Shown one piece after another: positions 7,543-17,994 of a DNA stretch of 64,000 nucleotides (its first letter is position 1; the number at the start of each line of letters is the position of its first letter). The DNA is from Gemmatimonadota bacterium (GTDB lineage Bacteria > Gemmatimonadota > Gemmatimonadetes > Gemmatimonadales > GWC2-71-9): positions 8,011 to 72,010 of the forward strand of contig JBDHJM010000020.1 of the NCBI GenBank assembly GCA_039586895.1, read 5' to 3'. A program made the translations under genes and the position numbers. Below the pieces are notes generated by a model. The model did not search any database. It saw nothing but the letters and a program-made list of their open reading frames with translations, and was not told where the DNA came from.

Positions 7543-8090
7543 TTCTCCAGCGTCGCCTTGAGCCGCTTCACGGCCTGGTGGTAGTGCACCCGGGCCGCGC
7601 CGACCGATGTCTCCAGCGCCTCGGCGATCTCCTTGTATTCGGCTCCCTGCTGCGCGCGCATCAAGAACACGTCGCGCTGCATCGGAGGGAGCCCCTGCAC
7701 CGCCCGCTCAAGGCGGTCCATCAGGTCCCGCCCCACCACCTCCCCGTGCGGGTCCGCCGTCTCGTCCGGCAGGTCCCGCTCCTCCAGCGTCAGTACTGTT
7801 CGGCCCTTGGCGCGGCGCCGCAAGTCCTTGAGCGCGTTCGAGGCGATCGCCATGAGCCAGGTTGCGAACTTGGCCGTGCCGCGGAACGTCTCGATCCGCC
7901 GGAACGCGCGGAAGAAGGTCTCCTGGACCAGATCGTCCAGGTCCTCGCGCGCGCCTGCCGCGGCGAGGAACCGCGCCAGAGCCGGCGTGTGACGCCGCAC
8001 CAGCTCCGCCGCCGCTCCCTCGTCGCCCGAGCGCCATTCGGCGATCAGCTGAGCGTCCAGGGGACCCTCAGCGGGCACAGGCACGGTCAC
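7539..8090 (-). CDS. ECF-family RNA polymerase sigma factor (sigma-70 group 4)
   Basis: Region 2 DDLVQETFFRAFRRIETFRGTAKFATWLMAIASNALKDLRRR. Region 4 LPPMQRDVFLMRAQQGAEYKEIAEALETSVGAARVHYHQAVKRL. Confidence 0.9.
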   Translation of the reverse strand: MTVPVPAEGPLDAQLIAEWRSGDEGAAAELVRRHTPALARFLAAAGAREDLDDLVQETFFRAFRRIETFRGTAKFATWLMAIASNALKDLRRRAKGRTVLTLEERDLPDETADPHGEVVGRDLMDRLERAVQGLPPMQRDVFLMRAQQGAEYKEIAEALETSVGAARVHYHQAVKRLKATLEK

Positions 8091-8236
8091 ACCAGGTAGG
8101 ACGGCTCACGGGGCCCAAAGTTAACCCGGGCCGGCTCTTGCGCCCGCGGGCTGCGCCGCCTGGGCCCGATGGTCCGCGGAGACGCCCAAGAAAGTGGCCG
8201 GTTGACCAAACCCGACCCCCGCTATAGGTTTTCGCC

Positions 8237-8254
8237 TTCGAACGAACGTTCGAA
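8237..8254. promoter_or_regulatory. Candidate TetR operator palindrome overlapping the TetR start codon
   Basis: TTCGAACG-aa-CGTTCGAA: perfect 8-bp inverted arms. It ends on the A of the ATG at 8254. A possible TTGACC (8202-8207)-N15-TATAGG (8223-8228) promoter lies just upstream, but the spacer is short. Confidence 0.4.
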
Positions 8255-8907
8255 TGGCTCCCATGACCTACGACGAGCGCCTGGAGCGCCTGCTCTCGAC
8301 CGCCGCGGCGGTGTTCGCCGCCAAGGGATTCCATCCCACGACGATGCGCGACCTGTCGCGCGCCACGGGGATGAGCCTGGCGGGGATGTACTACTACGTG
8401 CAGGGCAAGGAGGAGCTGCTGGCCCTGATCCAGGAACGCTGCTTCCAGCGGGTCCTGGAGGGTGCCCAGGAGACTCTGGAGAGCTCTCAAGGGGCGGACG
8501 GACGACTCCGGGGCTTCATACGGCACCACGTCACGTACTTCGCCGAGCACATGGACGAGATGAAGGTGCTGTCGCACGAGGCGGAGAGCCTGAGCCCGCA
8601 GCGGCAGCGCCCCATCGACCAGCTCAAGCGGCACTACGTGAACCTGCTGCTCAGCCTGCTGGCCGACGCCTTTCCCTCAGCGGACGCAAGGGTGGAGCGC
8701 CGCGCGGCGGCCTACGGGCTGTTCGGCATGATGAACTGGATCTACACCTGGTACGACCCTGAAGGCGCGATCGCGCCCGGCGCGCTGGCAGAGCAGTTCA
8801 CAGAGCTGTTCCTGCACGGCGTGACGCCGGCGGCACCATCCGGCGCGGCAGCCGCCGTGGCGCGAGCAGCCTCCCCGAACGCGCCGCGCCGGTCGGCGGC
8901 GTCGTGA
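8254..8907 (+). CDS. TetR/AcrR-family transcriptional regulator
   Basis: N-terminal HTH AAVFAAKGFHPTTMRDLSRATGMSLAGMYYYVQGKEELL, typical of TetR_N. It is followed 28 nt later by the paa genes, so a PaaR-like role is an inference. Confidence 0.9.
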   Translation: MAPMTYDERLERLLSTAAAVFAAKGFHPTTMRDLSRATGMSLAGMYYYVQGKEELLALIQERCFQRVLEGAQETLESSQGADGRLRGFIRHHVTYFAEHMDEMKVLSHEAESLSPQRQRPIDQLKRHYVNLLLSLLADAFPSADARVERRAAAYGLFGMMNWIYTWYDPEGAIAPGALAEQFTELFLHGVTPAAPSGAAAAVARAASPNAPRRSAAS

Positions 8908-8935
8908 GCAACCCACGAGCAATGAGGGCGACGCG

Positions 8936-9892
8936 GTGACCAAACCGAAGCAGCGAGACCCGGCGGAGCAAGCGCTGATCGACAAGATCAACGACGGATT
9001 CATGGTGGAGTCCGAAGAGGACATGACGCCGGGGTACAAGAAGGCCCTGCTGGTGCAGCTCACCGTCCAGGGAGACACCGAGCTGATGAGCGCCCCGGCC
9101 TACTACCTGGCGGCCAAGGACGCGCCCACCATCGACAGCCGCATCGCGGTCACCGCGATCGTGCACGACGAGCTGGGTCACGCCAACATCGCGTACCGCA
9201 TCATGGAGGACCTGGGTGTCGACAAGCAGTGGCTCGTTTACGGCCGCGAGCCGCACGAGTTCAAGCATCCCTACGGGTTCGACCAGCCGCTCGAGAACTG
9301 GGCGGAGATGGTTGTGGCCAACGGCTTCTTCGACCGGGCGGGGATCACGCTGCTGGGCGACGTGCACCAGCACACCAGCTACGGACCGCTCAAGCGAGCC
9401 CTGGTCAAGGTGGACCGGGAAGAGGTGCTGCACCTGCGGCACGGCGAGTCGTGGATGAAGCGGCTGGCCAAGGCCGGGGGCGAAGCCAAGGAGTCGCTGC
9501 AGCGCGCCGTGGACTGGATGTTTCTGATGACGCTGGAGTGGTTCGGGCTGCCCGACGACATGAAGCGCCACAGCGGACAGCTCGACTATCGCCTCAAGGG
9601 CAAGACCAACGACCAGCTGCGCCAGGTGTGGATGTCGGCCACCGTGCCGCTGTGCGAGGGCATCGGGATAGACGTGCCGGCCCACTGGGATGAGAGCGAG
9701 CAGCAGTACGTCATCGACTGTCCCTTCCCCTGCCGTTACGACGCACTGGCCAAGCAGTGGCTGCGCGACGAGCCGCTCAATTGGGACCAGGTGTTCGAGC
9801 GCTGGAAGGGCCGCGGCCCCATGAACCAGCGCTACGTCGAGATGGTACAGGGCAACGGCGGGCTGTTCGGAGGCCGGCAGTGGCAGGGGTAG
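8936..9892 (+). CDS. paaA: 1,2-phenylacetyl-CoA epoxidase subunit A
   Basis: Di-iron oxygenase family by eye: QGDTELMSAPAYYLAAKDAP...VHDELGHANIAYRIMEDLG...HLRHGESWMKRL (ExxH-type motifs). The size and context (paaB, paaC, paaD) fit. Confidence 0.9.
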   Translation: MTKPKQRDPAEQALIDKINDGFMVESEEDMTPGYKKALLVQLTVQGDTELMSAPAYYLAAKDAPTIDSRIAVTAIVHDELGHANIAYRIMEDLGVDKQWLVYGREPHEFKHPYGFDQPLENWAEMVVANGFFDRAGITLLGDVHQHTSYGPLKRALVKVDREEVLHLRHGESWMKRLAKAGGEAKESLQRAVDWMFLMTLEWFGLPDDMKRHSGQLDYRLKGKTNDQLRQVWMSATVPLCEGIGIDVPAHWDESEQQYVIDCPFPCRYDALAKQWLRDEPLNWDQVFERWKGRGPMNQRYVEMVQGNGGLFGGRQWQG

Positions 9893-10203
9893 CGGGCGCG
9901 GCCGAGGTGTGGGACGCGCTGTCCCGCGTGAGCGATCCCGAGTATCCGCTGAGCATAGTAGACATGGGGATGGTCTACGCGGTGCGCGTCGATCCCGAAG
10001 GCGTGGCGCAGGTCGACATCACGTTCACATCGATTGGGTGCCCCGCAATGGACATGATCTGCAGCGACGTGCATGAGAGCGTGAGTGCGGTACCCGGCGT
10101 GACCGAGGTGCGCGTTGAGGTCGTGTGGAGCCCGCCGTGGAACAAAGACCGGATCACCGAGCGGGGCCGCAAGGTGCTGCAGGTGTACGGCGTGGTGAAT
10201 TAG
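9880..10203 (+). CDS. paaD: PaaD N-terminal module (DUF59/MIP18-like) as a separate ORF
   Basis: VWDALSRVSDPEYPLSIVDMGMVYAV...ITFTSIGCPAMDMI...VVWSPPWNKDRITERGRKVL matches the N-terminal two-thirds of E. coli PaaD (IPDPEIPVLTITDLGMV...TYSGCPA...). GTG 9880 overlaps the paaA stop; the start is uncertain (the ORF extends to 9757). Confidence 0.75.
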   Translation: MAGVAGAAEVWDALSRVSDPEYPLSIVDMGMVYAVRVDPEGVAQVDITFTSIGCPAMDMICSDVHESVSAVPGVTEVRVEVVWSPPWNKDRITERGRKVLQVYGVVN

Positions 10204-10215
10204 GAGAGCCGGCCG

Positions 10216-10431
10216 ATGCCCGATGCGAGGATCTACGAGGTGTTCGCCCGCAAGGACCACACGGAAGCGCTGAAGCACGTGGGCTCCGTCAACGCGGCCG
10301 ACGACGACCTGGCCAAGGCGTACGCCTGGACCATGTACGACGAGGAGAAATGGGTAGAGATGTGCGTGGTGCCACGCGACTCCGTCATCCCCATCACGCA
10401 CGACCGCCAGCTGCCCCTGTGGGGCAACTGA
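10216..10431 (+). CDS. paaB: 1,2-phenylacetyl-CoA epoxidase subunit B (short form)
   Basis: YEVFARKDHTEALKHVGSVNAADDDLAKAYA resembles PaaB (YEVFVR...HVGSLHAAD...A...A). SD AGGAG upstream. Confidence 0.8.
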   Translation: MPDARIYEVFARKDHTEALKHVGSVNAADDDLAKAYAWTMYDEEKWVEMCVVPRDSVIPITHDRQLPLWGN

Positions 10432-10447
10432 ACCGACTGGGAAACGA

Positions 10448-11269
10448 ATGACGACACGCACCGCCGCGGAGTTCGAGACGGCCGACGCGATGAACGAGGC
10501 GTGCGCCACCGCCCTGCGCAACCTGCTGGTGGCCATCGCCGACACGAAGCTCCTGCTGGGATATCACTACGGCGAGTGGACCTTCGGGCCGCCCGAGCTC
10601 GAGGCCGCCATCGCGGGCTGCTCCCTGTGCCAGACAGAGCTGGGCCACGTGCGCCTGGTGCACGGCATCCTCAAGCGGCATTTCAAGGAGGATCCCAGCC
10701 ACCTGCTCGAGGGCCGCGGGTCTGCCGAGTTCGCCAACGTGGCTTACCTGGACCGCGACCTGAACGACTGGGCGCGCCTCGTGGCGGCCAACTATGTGGT
10801 GGACCTGGGGCTCACGCGGCTGCTGCACGCGTTGCAGGGATCTGCGTTCACTCCGCTCAGGATGAGCCTCGAGAAGATGGTGGACGAGGAGCGCTACCAC
10901 ATCCACCACGGACAGGGCTGGTTCCGCACCCTGTGCGGCAAGAATGAGGAGTGCCGGTCGGCGGTGCAGGACGCCGTGCGCGAGGCGCTGGACAGCGTGA
11001 TCCAGTGGTTCGGCCCCACCGGCGACGAGGGCGACCGCGCCCTGGTGGAGGCCGGCATCAAGTCCAGGTCGAACGCGGAGGTGGTCCGCGACCTGCTGCA
11101 GGACGTGACGACGGCGGCCGAGCCGATGGGCGTGCGGCTGGACGTGGAAACGCCCGAAGAGATCCCCGGCTGGGACCCGGTGCGGCGGCGCGCCGACGGC
11201 TCCGGACCGGACGAGGAGATCTTGTATCACCTGCGCGGCAGCAAGAACGAGATCTACAAGCTGAAATGA
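10448..11269 (+). CDS. paaC: 1,2-phenylacetyl-CoA epoxidase subunit C
   Basis: The size, position and ferritin-like helical pattern (LLVAIADTKLLLGYHYGEW...ELGHVRLVHGIL...EERYHIHHGQGWF) fit PaaC. Confidence 0.85.
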   Translation: MTTRTAAEFETADAMNEACATALRNLLVAIADTKLLLGYHYGEWTFGPPELEAAIAGCSLCQTELGHVRLVHGILKRHFKEDPSHLLEGRGSAEFANVAYLDRDLNDWARLVAANYVVDLGLTRLLHALQGSAFTPLRMSLEKMVDEERYHIHHGQGWFRTLCGKNEECRSAVQDAVREALDSVIQWFGPTGDEGDRALVEAGIKSRSNAEVVRDLLQDVTTAAEPMGVRLDVETPEEIPGWDPVRRRADGSGPDEEILYHLRGSKNEIYKLK

Positions 11270-11460
11270 CGGACGCGCCGGCCAAGACCTGCCCGTTCTG
11301 CGGGTCGGGGGACACCGAGAAGCAGAGCGACTTCGGCACGTCGCTAATGGTGGCGCTGCACTACTGCCGCGCGTGCCATACGTCGTTCGAGGCGATCAAG
11401 TGGGGCGATCGGTCGGCACGGCTCGATCTGCCCGAGTTTCTTAACGAGGACCAACCGTAA
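11266..11460 (+). CDS. paaD: PaaD C-terminal zinc-ribbon module as a separate ORF
   Basis: ATGA overlap with the paaC stop. MTDAPAKTCPFCGSGDTEKQSDFGTSLMVALHYCRACHTSFEAIKW aligns with the E. coli PaaD C-terminus RCPRCASVHTTLISEFGSTACKALYRCDSCREPFDYFK (CPxC...SxFG[ST]...AL..C..C...F..[FI]K). Confidence 0.7.
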   Translation: MTDAPAKTCPFCGSGDTEKQSDFGTSLMVALHYCRACHTSFEAIKWGDRSARLDLPEFLNEDQP

Positions 11461-11480
11461 CCCGAAGAGGACACGGCAAC

Positions 11481-12284
11481 ATGGCATCAGCTGCGAAGAC
11501 GAAGACCCTGGTCGAGTACCGGGTCGAGGACGGACTGGCGATTCTGGAGCTCAACGATCCGCCGGCCAACACCTACACCTACGAGATGATGCGCCAGCTG
11601 GACGAGGCGATCCTGACGGCGCGCATGGACGACGACGTGCAGGTGATCATCCTGCGCGGCAAGGGAGAGAAGTTCTTCTCGGCCGGGGCGAACATCCAGA
11701 TGCTGTCAGAGGTGACGCCTCGCTTCAAATACTTCTTCTGCCTGCACGCAAACGAGACGCTGAACCGGCTCGAGCACACGCCGAAGCTCGTCATCGCCGC
11801 GCTCAACGGCCACACGGTGGGCGGCGGGCTGGAGATCGCTATGGCCGCCGACCTGCGCGTCGCCTGCAAGGACAACGGCAAGATCGGCCTGCCGGAGGTG
11901 AACCTGGGAGTGCTGCCCGGCACCGGCGGCACGCAGCGTCTGTCGCGCATCCTGGGCAAGTCGCGCTCTATCGAGATGATGGTCACGGGCCGCACCTTCT
12001 CGTTCGACGAGGCCAAGGAGCTGGGCCTGGTGAACCAGGTGTTTCCCAAGGAGAGCTTCTGGAACGACGTGGTTGCCTACGCGAAGCAGTTCTGCGCGCC
12101 GGGTAAGGCTTCGAAGGCGGTGGGCAGCATCAAGCGCGCGGTCTGCTCGGGCATGGAAGTGCCGTTCGAGAGCGGACTCGCCATCGAGCGCGAGCTGCAG
12201 CAGCAGCTGTTCCAGAGCTCGGACGCGAGCGAGGGCCTGTCGGCATACGTCGAGAAGCGCCAGGCCGCGTTCACGGGCAAGTAA
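11481..12284 (+). CDS. Enoyl-CoA hydratase/isomerase (crotonase family; PaaF/PaaG-type role possible)
   Basis: Crotonase signatures FFSAGANI, ALNGHTVGGGLEIAMAADLRV, GLPEVNLGVLPGTGGTQRL. Confidence 0.85.
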   Translation: MASAAKTKTLVEYRVEDGLAILELNDPPANTYTYEMMRQLDEAILTARMDDDVQVIILRGKGEKFFSAGANIQMLSEVTPRFKYFFCLHANETLNRLEHTPKLVIAALNGHTVGGGLEIAMAADLRVACKDNGKIGLPEVNLGVLPGTGGTQRLSRILGKSRSIEMMVTGRTFSFDEAKELGLVNQVFPKESFWNDVVAYAKQFCAPGKASKAVGSIKRAVCSGMEVPFESGLAIERELQQQLFQSSDASEGLSAYVEKRQAAFTGK

Positions 12285-13714
12285 GTGCACACCGAGCTGT
12301 TCATAGGAAACGAGTGGCGGGGGGCCGCCTCGGGCCAAGTGCTCGAGGTGGTCAACCCGGCCACCGAGGAAGTCCTGGCCACCGTCCACGCGGCCGGTGA
12401 GGCGGACGTGGACGCCGCGGTGCAGGCCGCGCGGCGCTGCTTCGAGAGCGAAGAGTGGCGCGGGATCTCTCCGCGCAAGCGGGGTGCCCTGCTCCACCGT
12501 GCCGGCCAGCTGCTGCGAGAGCGGCGGCAGGAGATGGCCGAGCTCGAGACGCGGCAGAACGGCAAGACGCTGTTCGAGTCCAAGATCGACGTGGCCTCCA
12601 CCGTCGAGACGCTCACCTACTACGGCGGCTGGGCCGACAAGCTGGACGGATCCGTCCTGCCGGTCGAGAGCCAGGACTTCGTCTACAGCGTGCGGGAGCC
12701 ACTCGGCGTGGTCGGCGCGATCGTGCCGTGGAACTTCCCGCTCAACCTGGCGAGCTGGAAGTTCGCCCCCGCCCTGGCCGCCGGCTGCACCGTGGTGCTC
12801 AAGCCGGCCGAGGAGACGCCGCTCACCGCGCTGCTCATGGCCGAGATCATGCAGGAGGCAGGCTTCCCTGCGGGCGCCTTCAACGTGGTGCCGGGTGACG
12901 GTCCTACCACGGGCGCGGCGCTGGTGCGGCACCCGGGCGTGGACAAGATCGCATTCACCGGCTCCACGGCGGTGGGCCAGCAGGTGATGCGCGAGGCGGC
13001 CGGCACGCTCAAGCGAGTGACGCTGGAGCTGGGGGGCAAGAGCCCCAACATCATCTTCGCCGACGCAGACATCGACGCGGCCGTGAAGGGAGCCCAGAAC
13101 GGGATCTTCTACGGCAAGGGCGAGGTGTGCGCTGCGGGATCGCGCCTGCTGGTGGAGAGCTCCGTGCACGACCAGGTCGTCGAGCAGCTGGCGGCGCGAG
13201 CCGCGCGGCTGGAGCCGGGCGATCCCATGGTGAAGGGCACCCGGCTGGGCGCGATCGCCTCCAAGCGGCAGCACGAGAAGGTCCTGTCGTATATCGACAG
13301 CGGAAAGCAGGATGCGACCCTCGTTGCGGGGGGCAGCGCCGCTCAGGTGAACGGCAAGGGCTACTTCGTCGAGGCGACCGTGTTCGACGGCGCCAGGCCG
13401 GGGATGAAGATCGTGGACGAGGAGATCTTCGGACCGGTGCTCGCGGTGGTCAGGTTCGACGACGTGGACGACGCCATCGGGCTTGCAAACGAGAGCGCCT
13501 ACGGGCTGGCAGCCGGCATCTGGACTAAGGACGTGCAGAAGGCGTTCCGCGTGGCCCGCGCAGTGCGCGCGGGCACCGTTTGGGTCAACACGTACAACAT
13601 GTACGACTCGGCCGCTCCGTTCGGCGGCTTCAAGGCGAGCGGCTTCGGGCGCGACCTGGGCCGCGAGGCGCTGGACGGCTACACCGATACCAAGACCGTG
13701 TGGATGGGACTCGG

Positions 13715-13718
<4 letters not shown>
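12285..13718 (+). CDS. NAD(P)-dependent aldehyde dehydrogenase
   Basis: ALDH motifs [27 protein letters not shown] (catalytic Glu), [10 protein letters not shown] (catalytic Cys), EEIFGPV. GTG start directly after the previous stop. Confidence 0.9.
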
Positions 13719-14907
<1,189 letters not shown>

Positions 14908-14911
<4 letters not shown>

Positions 14912-15702
14912 GCGCGTACGAGTTCGTTTTGATCGATCAGGAGGGCGGGATCGCAACGATCACGCTCAACCGGCCCGACAAGCTGAACGCGTTCGCGGGC
15001 CGGATGCGCCAGGAGGTGGCCGCGGCGGTGAAGCAGGTCGCCGACGACGAAGCGGTGCGCGTTCTGGTCATTACGGGTGCCGGGCGCGCCTTCTGCGCCG
15101 GTGCCGACATCGACTACATGCGGAAGGTGTTCGGCGAGGAGGATTGGGAGAACGCCGCCGGGCTCGTTGAAGCGGGGCGCGCCGTGGTCAGCACCATCCG
15201 CGCGGTGGCCAAGCCCGTGATCGCCAGCGTGAACGGCGCGGCGGCGGGCGGCGGTGCCAACCTCGCGTTGGCCTGCGACCTGCGCATCGCGTCGGACCGC
15301 GCGTCCATCGGACAGACGTTCAGCCGCATCGGGGTGCACCCGGACTGGGGCGGCGCCTATTTCCTGCCGCGGCTGGTGGGACCCTCCAAGGCCCTGGAGC
15401 TGATGTTCAGCGGCGAGATGCTGGACGCGGCGGAGGCCCATCGCATCGGGCTGTTCAACCGGGTGGTGGCCCACGAGAAACTGGCCGAGGAGACCCGCGC
15501 GTGGGCGGAGATGCTGGCTGCAGGGCCCCCGAAAGCTCTCTCCCTCATGAAGCAGGCGGTGTACCAGAGCAGCGACCGCAGCCTCGCCGACATGCTCGAG
15601 CTCGAGCTGCGGCACCAGATGCAGTGCTTCCGGAGCGAGGATGCTAAAGAGGGCCTCGCGGCCTTCCTCGAGAAGCGCACTCCCCACTTCCGCGGGCGCT
15701 AG
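14908..15702 (+). CDS. Enoyl-CoA hydratase/isomerase (crotonase family)
   Basis: GTGA overlap with the thiolase stop. [45 protein letters not shown]. Confidence 0.85.
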
Positions 15703-15704
15703 CC

Positions 15705-16376
15705 TTGGCTCTGGTCATCGCCCACCGGGGCGCTTCGGCCTACGAAACCGAGAACTCACTCGCCGCATTCCGCCTGGCGCGCGCACAGGGCGCCGACGGA
15801 GTCGAGCTGGACGTGCACGTTACCGCGGACGGAATGCCGGTCGTGCACCACGACCCCGTGGTGGCCGGGCAGTCGATAGCCGCTTCGCGCTGGGCCGACC
15901 TCGAAGGGATCGAGCTCGCCAACGGGGAGACACTTCCCACCCTGGTAGCGGCGCTCGACACGCTGGGAGCCGACCTCGGTGCCTACGTGGAGGTGAAGCA
16001 CCTGGCCCCGGAGCATGACGGGGCCCTGTTAGAGGTGCTGCAGCAGTGCCCCGCCCCGGACAACTGCAGGGTCCACTCATTCGACCACGCGCTGGTCCGC
16101 CGACTCAGAGAGCGGAACGCGGGACTGCGTGTGGGCATCCTGGCGGTGGCGCGTCCCGTCAGTCCGTTCATCGCACTCGAGGATGCCCGCGCGGGCGTGC
16201 TGTGGCAGCAGGAGTCGCTTGTCGATGCGGCCCTGGTCGAGGGCGCGCACCAGAGGGGCTACTCCGTATTTGCATGGACGGTGGACGAGCCTGAGCGCAT
16301 GCGCGAGCTTTTGGCCATGAACGTGGATGCAATCTGCTCCAACCGTCCGGACGTGGCGCGCGAGGTGGTGGGATGA
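15705..16376 (+). CDS. Glycerophosphodiester phosphodiesterase family protein
   Basis: LVIAHRGASAYETENSLAAFRLARAQGADGVELDVHVTADGMPVVHHD is a typical GDPD N-terminus (HRG...EN...E.D). TTG start is uncertain. Confidence 0.8.
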   Translation: MALVIAHRGASAYETENSLAAFRLARAQGADGVELDVHVTADGMPVVHHDPVVAGQSIAASRWADLEGIELANGETLPTLVAALDTLGADLGAYVEVKHLAPEHDGALLEVLQQCPAPDNCRVHSFDHALVRRLRERNAGLRVGILAVARPVSPFIALEDARAGVLWQQESLVDAALVEGAHQRGYSVFAWTVDEPERMRELLAMNVDAICSNRPDVAREVVG

Positions 16377-17236
16377 AGCGCGTGGTCGTGATCGGTGCGG
16401 GCACGATGGGACACGGGATCGCTCAGGCGTGCGCGCTGGCCGGGTTCGAGACGCGGCTCACCGACACGAGGCCCGAGGCGCTCGCTCCGGCGGTGGAGCG
16501 CATCGGGGCCAACCTGGAAGGCGCCATCGAGCGGGGCAAGCTGAATGCCGATCAGGCCGGTGCGGCCCTGGAACTGGTGCGTCCGCTGGTAGATCTGGGA
16601 GCGGCAGCCGCGGGGGCCGACCTCGCCATCGAGGCGGTGATCGAGGACCCGGACGTGAAGCGCGCGCTGTTCGCCGCGCTGGACTCACTGGTCGGTCCCG
16701 AAGCAGTGCTCGCCACCAACACGTCGTCACTGTCGGTTGCGAGGATCGCGCAGGCCACCGAGCGCCCTGAGCGCGTTCTGGGCATGCACTTCTTCAATCC
16801 AGTCCACATCATGAAGCTGGTCGAGCTGGTGGTGCACGAGGGAACCGGCGAGGCCGCCCTCGGCGCCGCGCGAGCAGCGGCAGTCCAGATGGGCAAGGAG
16901 CCGATCGTCGTGCGCGACAGCCCCGGCTTCGCATCGTCGCGCCTCGGCCTCGTGATCGGACTCGAGGCCATGCGCATGCTCGAGGAGGGCGTCGCCAGCG
17001 CGGAGGACATCGACACGGCGATGCGCCTGGGCTACGGTCACCCGATGGGTCCGCTTGAGGTCAGCGATCTGGTCGGGCTCGACGTGCGGCTGGCAATTGC
17101 CGATTATTTGCACGGTGAGCTAGGCGGCAAGCGCTTCGAGCCGCCGGCCGTCCTGCGCAGCAAAGTGGAGGCCGGCGAGCTGGGGAAGAAAACCGGGAGG
17201 GGGTTCTACGAATGGCCAAGGAAAAAGTCCTCTTAG
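16373..17236 (+). CDS. 3-hydroxyacyl-CoA (3-hydroxybutyryl-CoA) dehydrogenase
   Basis: Rossmann N-terminus VVVIGAGTMGHGIAQ; NTSSLSV; HFFNPVHIMKLVE; GFASSRL; C-terminal domain GYGHPMGPLEVSDLVGLD. Confidence 0.9.
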   Translation: MKRVVVIGAGTMGHGIAQACALAGFETRLTDTRPEALAPAVERIGANLEGAIERGKLNADQAGAALELVRPLVDLGAAAAGADLAIEAVIEDPDVKRALFAALDSLVGPEAVLATNTSSLSVARIAQATERPERVLGMHFFNPVHIMKLVELVVHEGTGEAALGAARAAAVQMGKEPIVVRDSPGFASSRLGLVIGLEAMRMLEEGVASAEDIDTAMRLGYGHPMGPLEVSDLVGLDVRLAIADYLHGELGGKRFEPPAVLRSKVEAGELGKKTGRGFYEWPRKKSS

Positions 17237-17994
17237 TCGATATTGCGGATCGCATCGCGACGGTCACCATCAACCGGCCGGACAAGCTCAACGCGCTCAA
17301 CAAGGAGGTGCGCGAGGAGTTCGTTCGAGTATTCGACCAACTCAAGGACAACGACGAGGTGCGGGTGGTGATCGTGACCGGGGCCGGGGACAAGGCATTC
17401 GTTGCGGGCGCGGACATCCCCGAGTTCCAGGGCCGGGGTGGTGTGGACCAGCTCCACGTCACCAAGCGCTTCGGCATCTTCGAGGCGCCGGAGAAGTTGG
17501 CCAAGCCCGTCATCGCTGCGGTCAACGGGTTTGCCCTCGGAGGCGGCTGCGAGCTGGCCCTGGCATGCGACATCCGAATCGCCTCGGACAAAGCCAGGCT
17601 AGGCCAGCCTGAGATCAACCTCGGCATCCTCCCCGGGGGTGGCGGCACACAGCGCCTGCCCCGGCTGGTGGGCCTGGGGAACGCCTACAAGCTCCTCTAC
17701 ACGGGACAGATCGTGAAGGCCGACGAGGCGCTGCGCCTCGGCATGGTGGATGAGGTGGTGCCGCACGACGAGCTGCAGTCGCGCGCGCGCGAGCTGGCGG
17801 CCGAGATCGCTGAGAAGAGCCCGGTGGCGCTCGAGTTGATCAAGGATGCCGTGAGAGCCAGCGTCCGCACAGGGCTGGACGACGGTATGCGGCACGAGAC
17901 CACGCTGTTCGGCCTGGCGTTCTCCTCCCAGGACAAGGAAGAGGGCGTGGCCGCGTTCCTGGAGAAGCGGAAGGCCGAGTTCCAGGGCAAGTGA
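17212..17994 (+). CDS. Enoyl-CoA hydratase (crotonase family)
   Basis: [65 protein letters not shown]. Confidence 0.9.
   Translation: MAKEKVLLVDIADRIATVTINRPDKLNALNKEVREEFVRVFDQLKDNDEVRVVIVTGAGDKAFVAGADIPEFQGRGGVDQLHVTKRFGIFEAPEKLAKPVIAAVNGFALGGGCELALACDIRIASDKARLGQPEINLGILPGGGGTQRLPRLVGLGNAYKLLYTGQIVKADEALRLGMVDEVVPHDELQSRARELAAEIAEKSPVALELIKDAVRASVRTGLDDGMRHETTLFGLAFSSQDKEEGVAAFLEKRKAEFQGK

Noticed and set aside
11706-13274. 522-aa minus-strand ORF. The same class includes 17697..18944(-), 30307..32175(+), 38942..40636(+), 43350..44651(+), 47017..48276(+), 54160..56526(+), 21001..22380(-) and 36924..37691(+).
   Set aside because: All of them lie antisense to genes with unambiguous family motifs (ALDH, amidohydrolase, FloA/NfeD, AtuA, carboxyltransferase, mutase, PgpH, aminotransferase, GNAT). 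Their translations are Arg/Gly/His/Pro-rich low-information sequence. These are shadow ORFs caused by the scarcity of stop codons.
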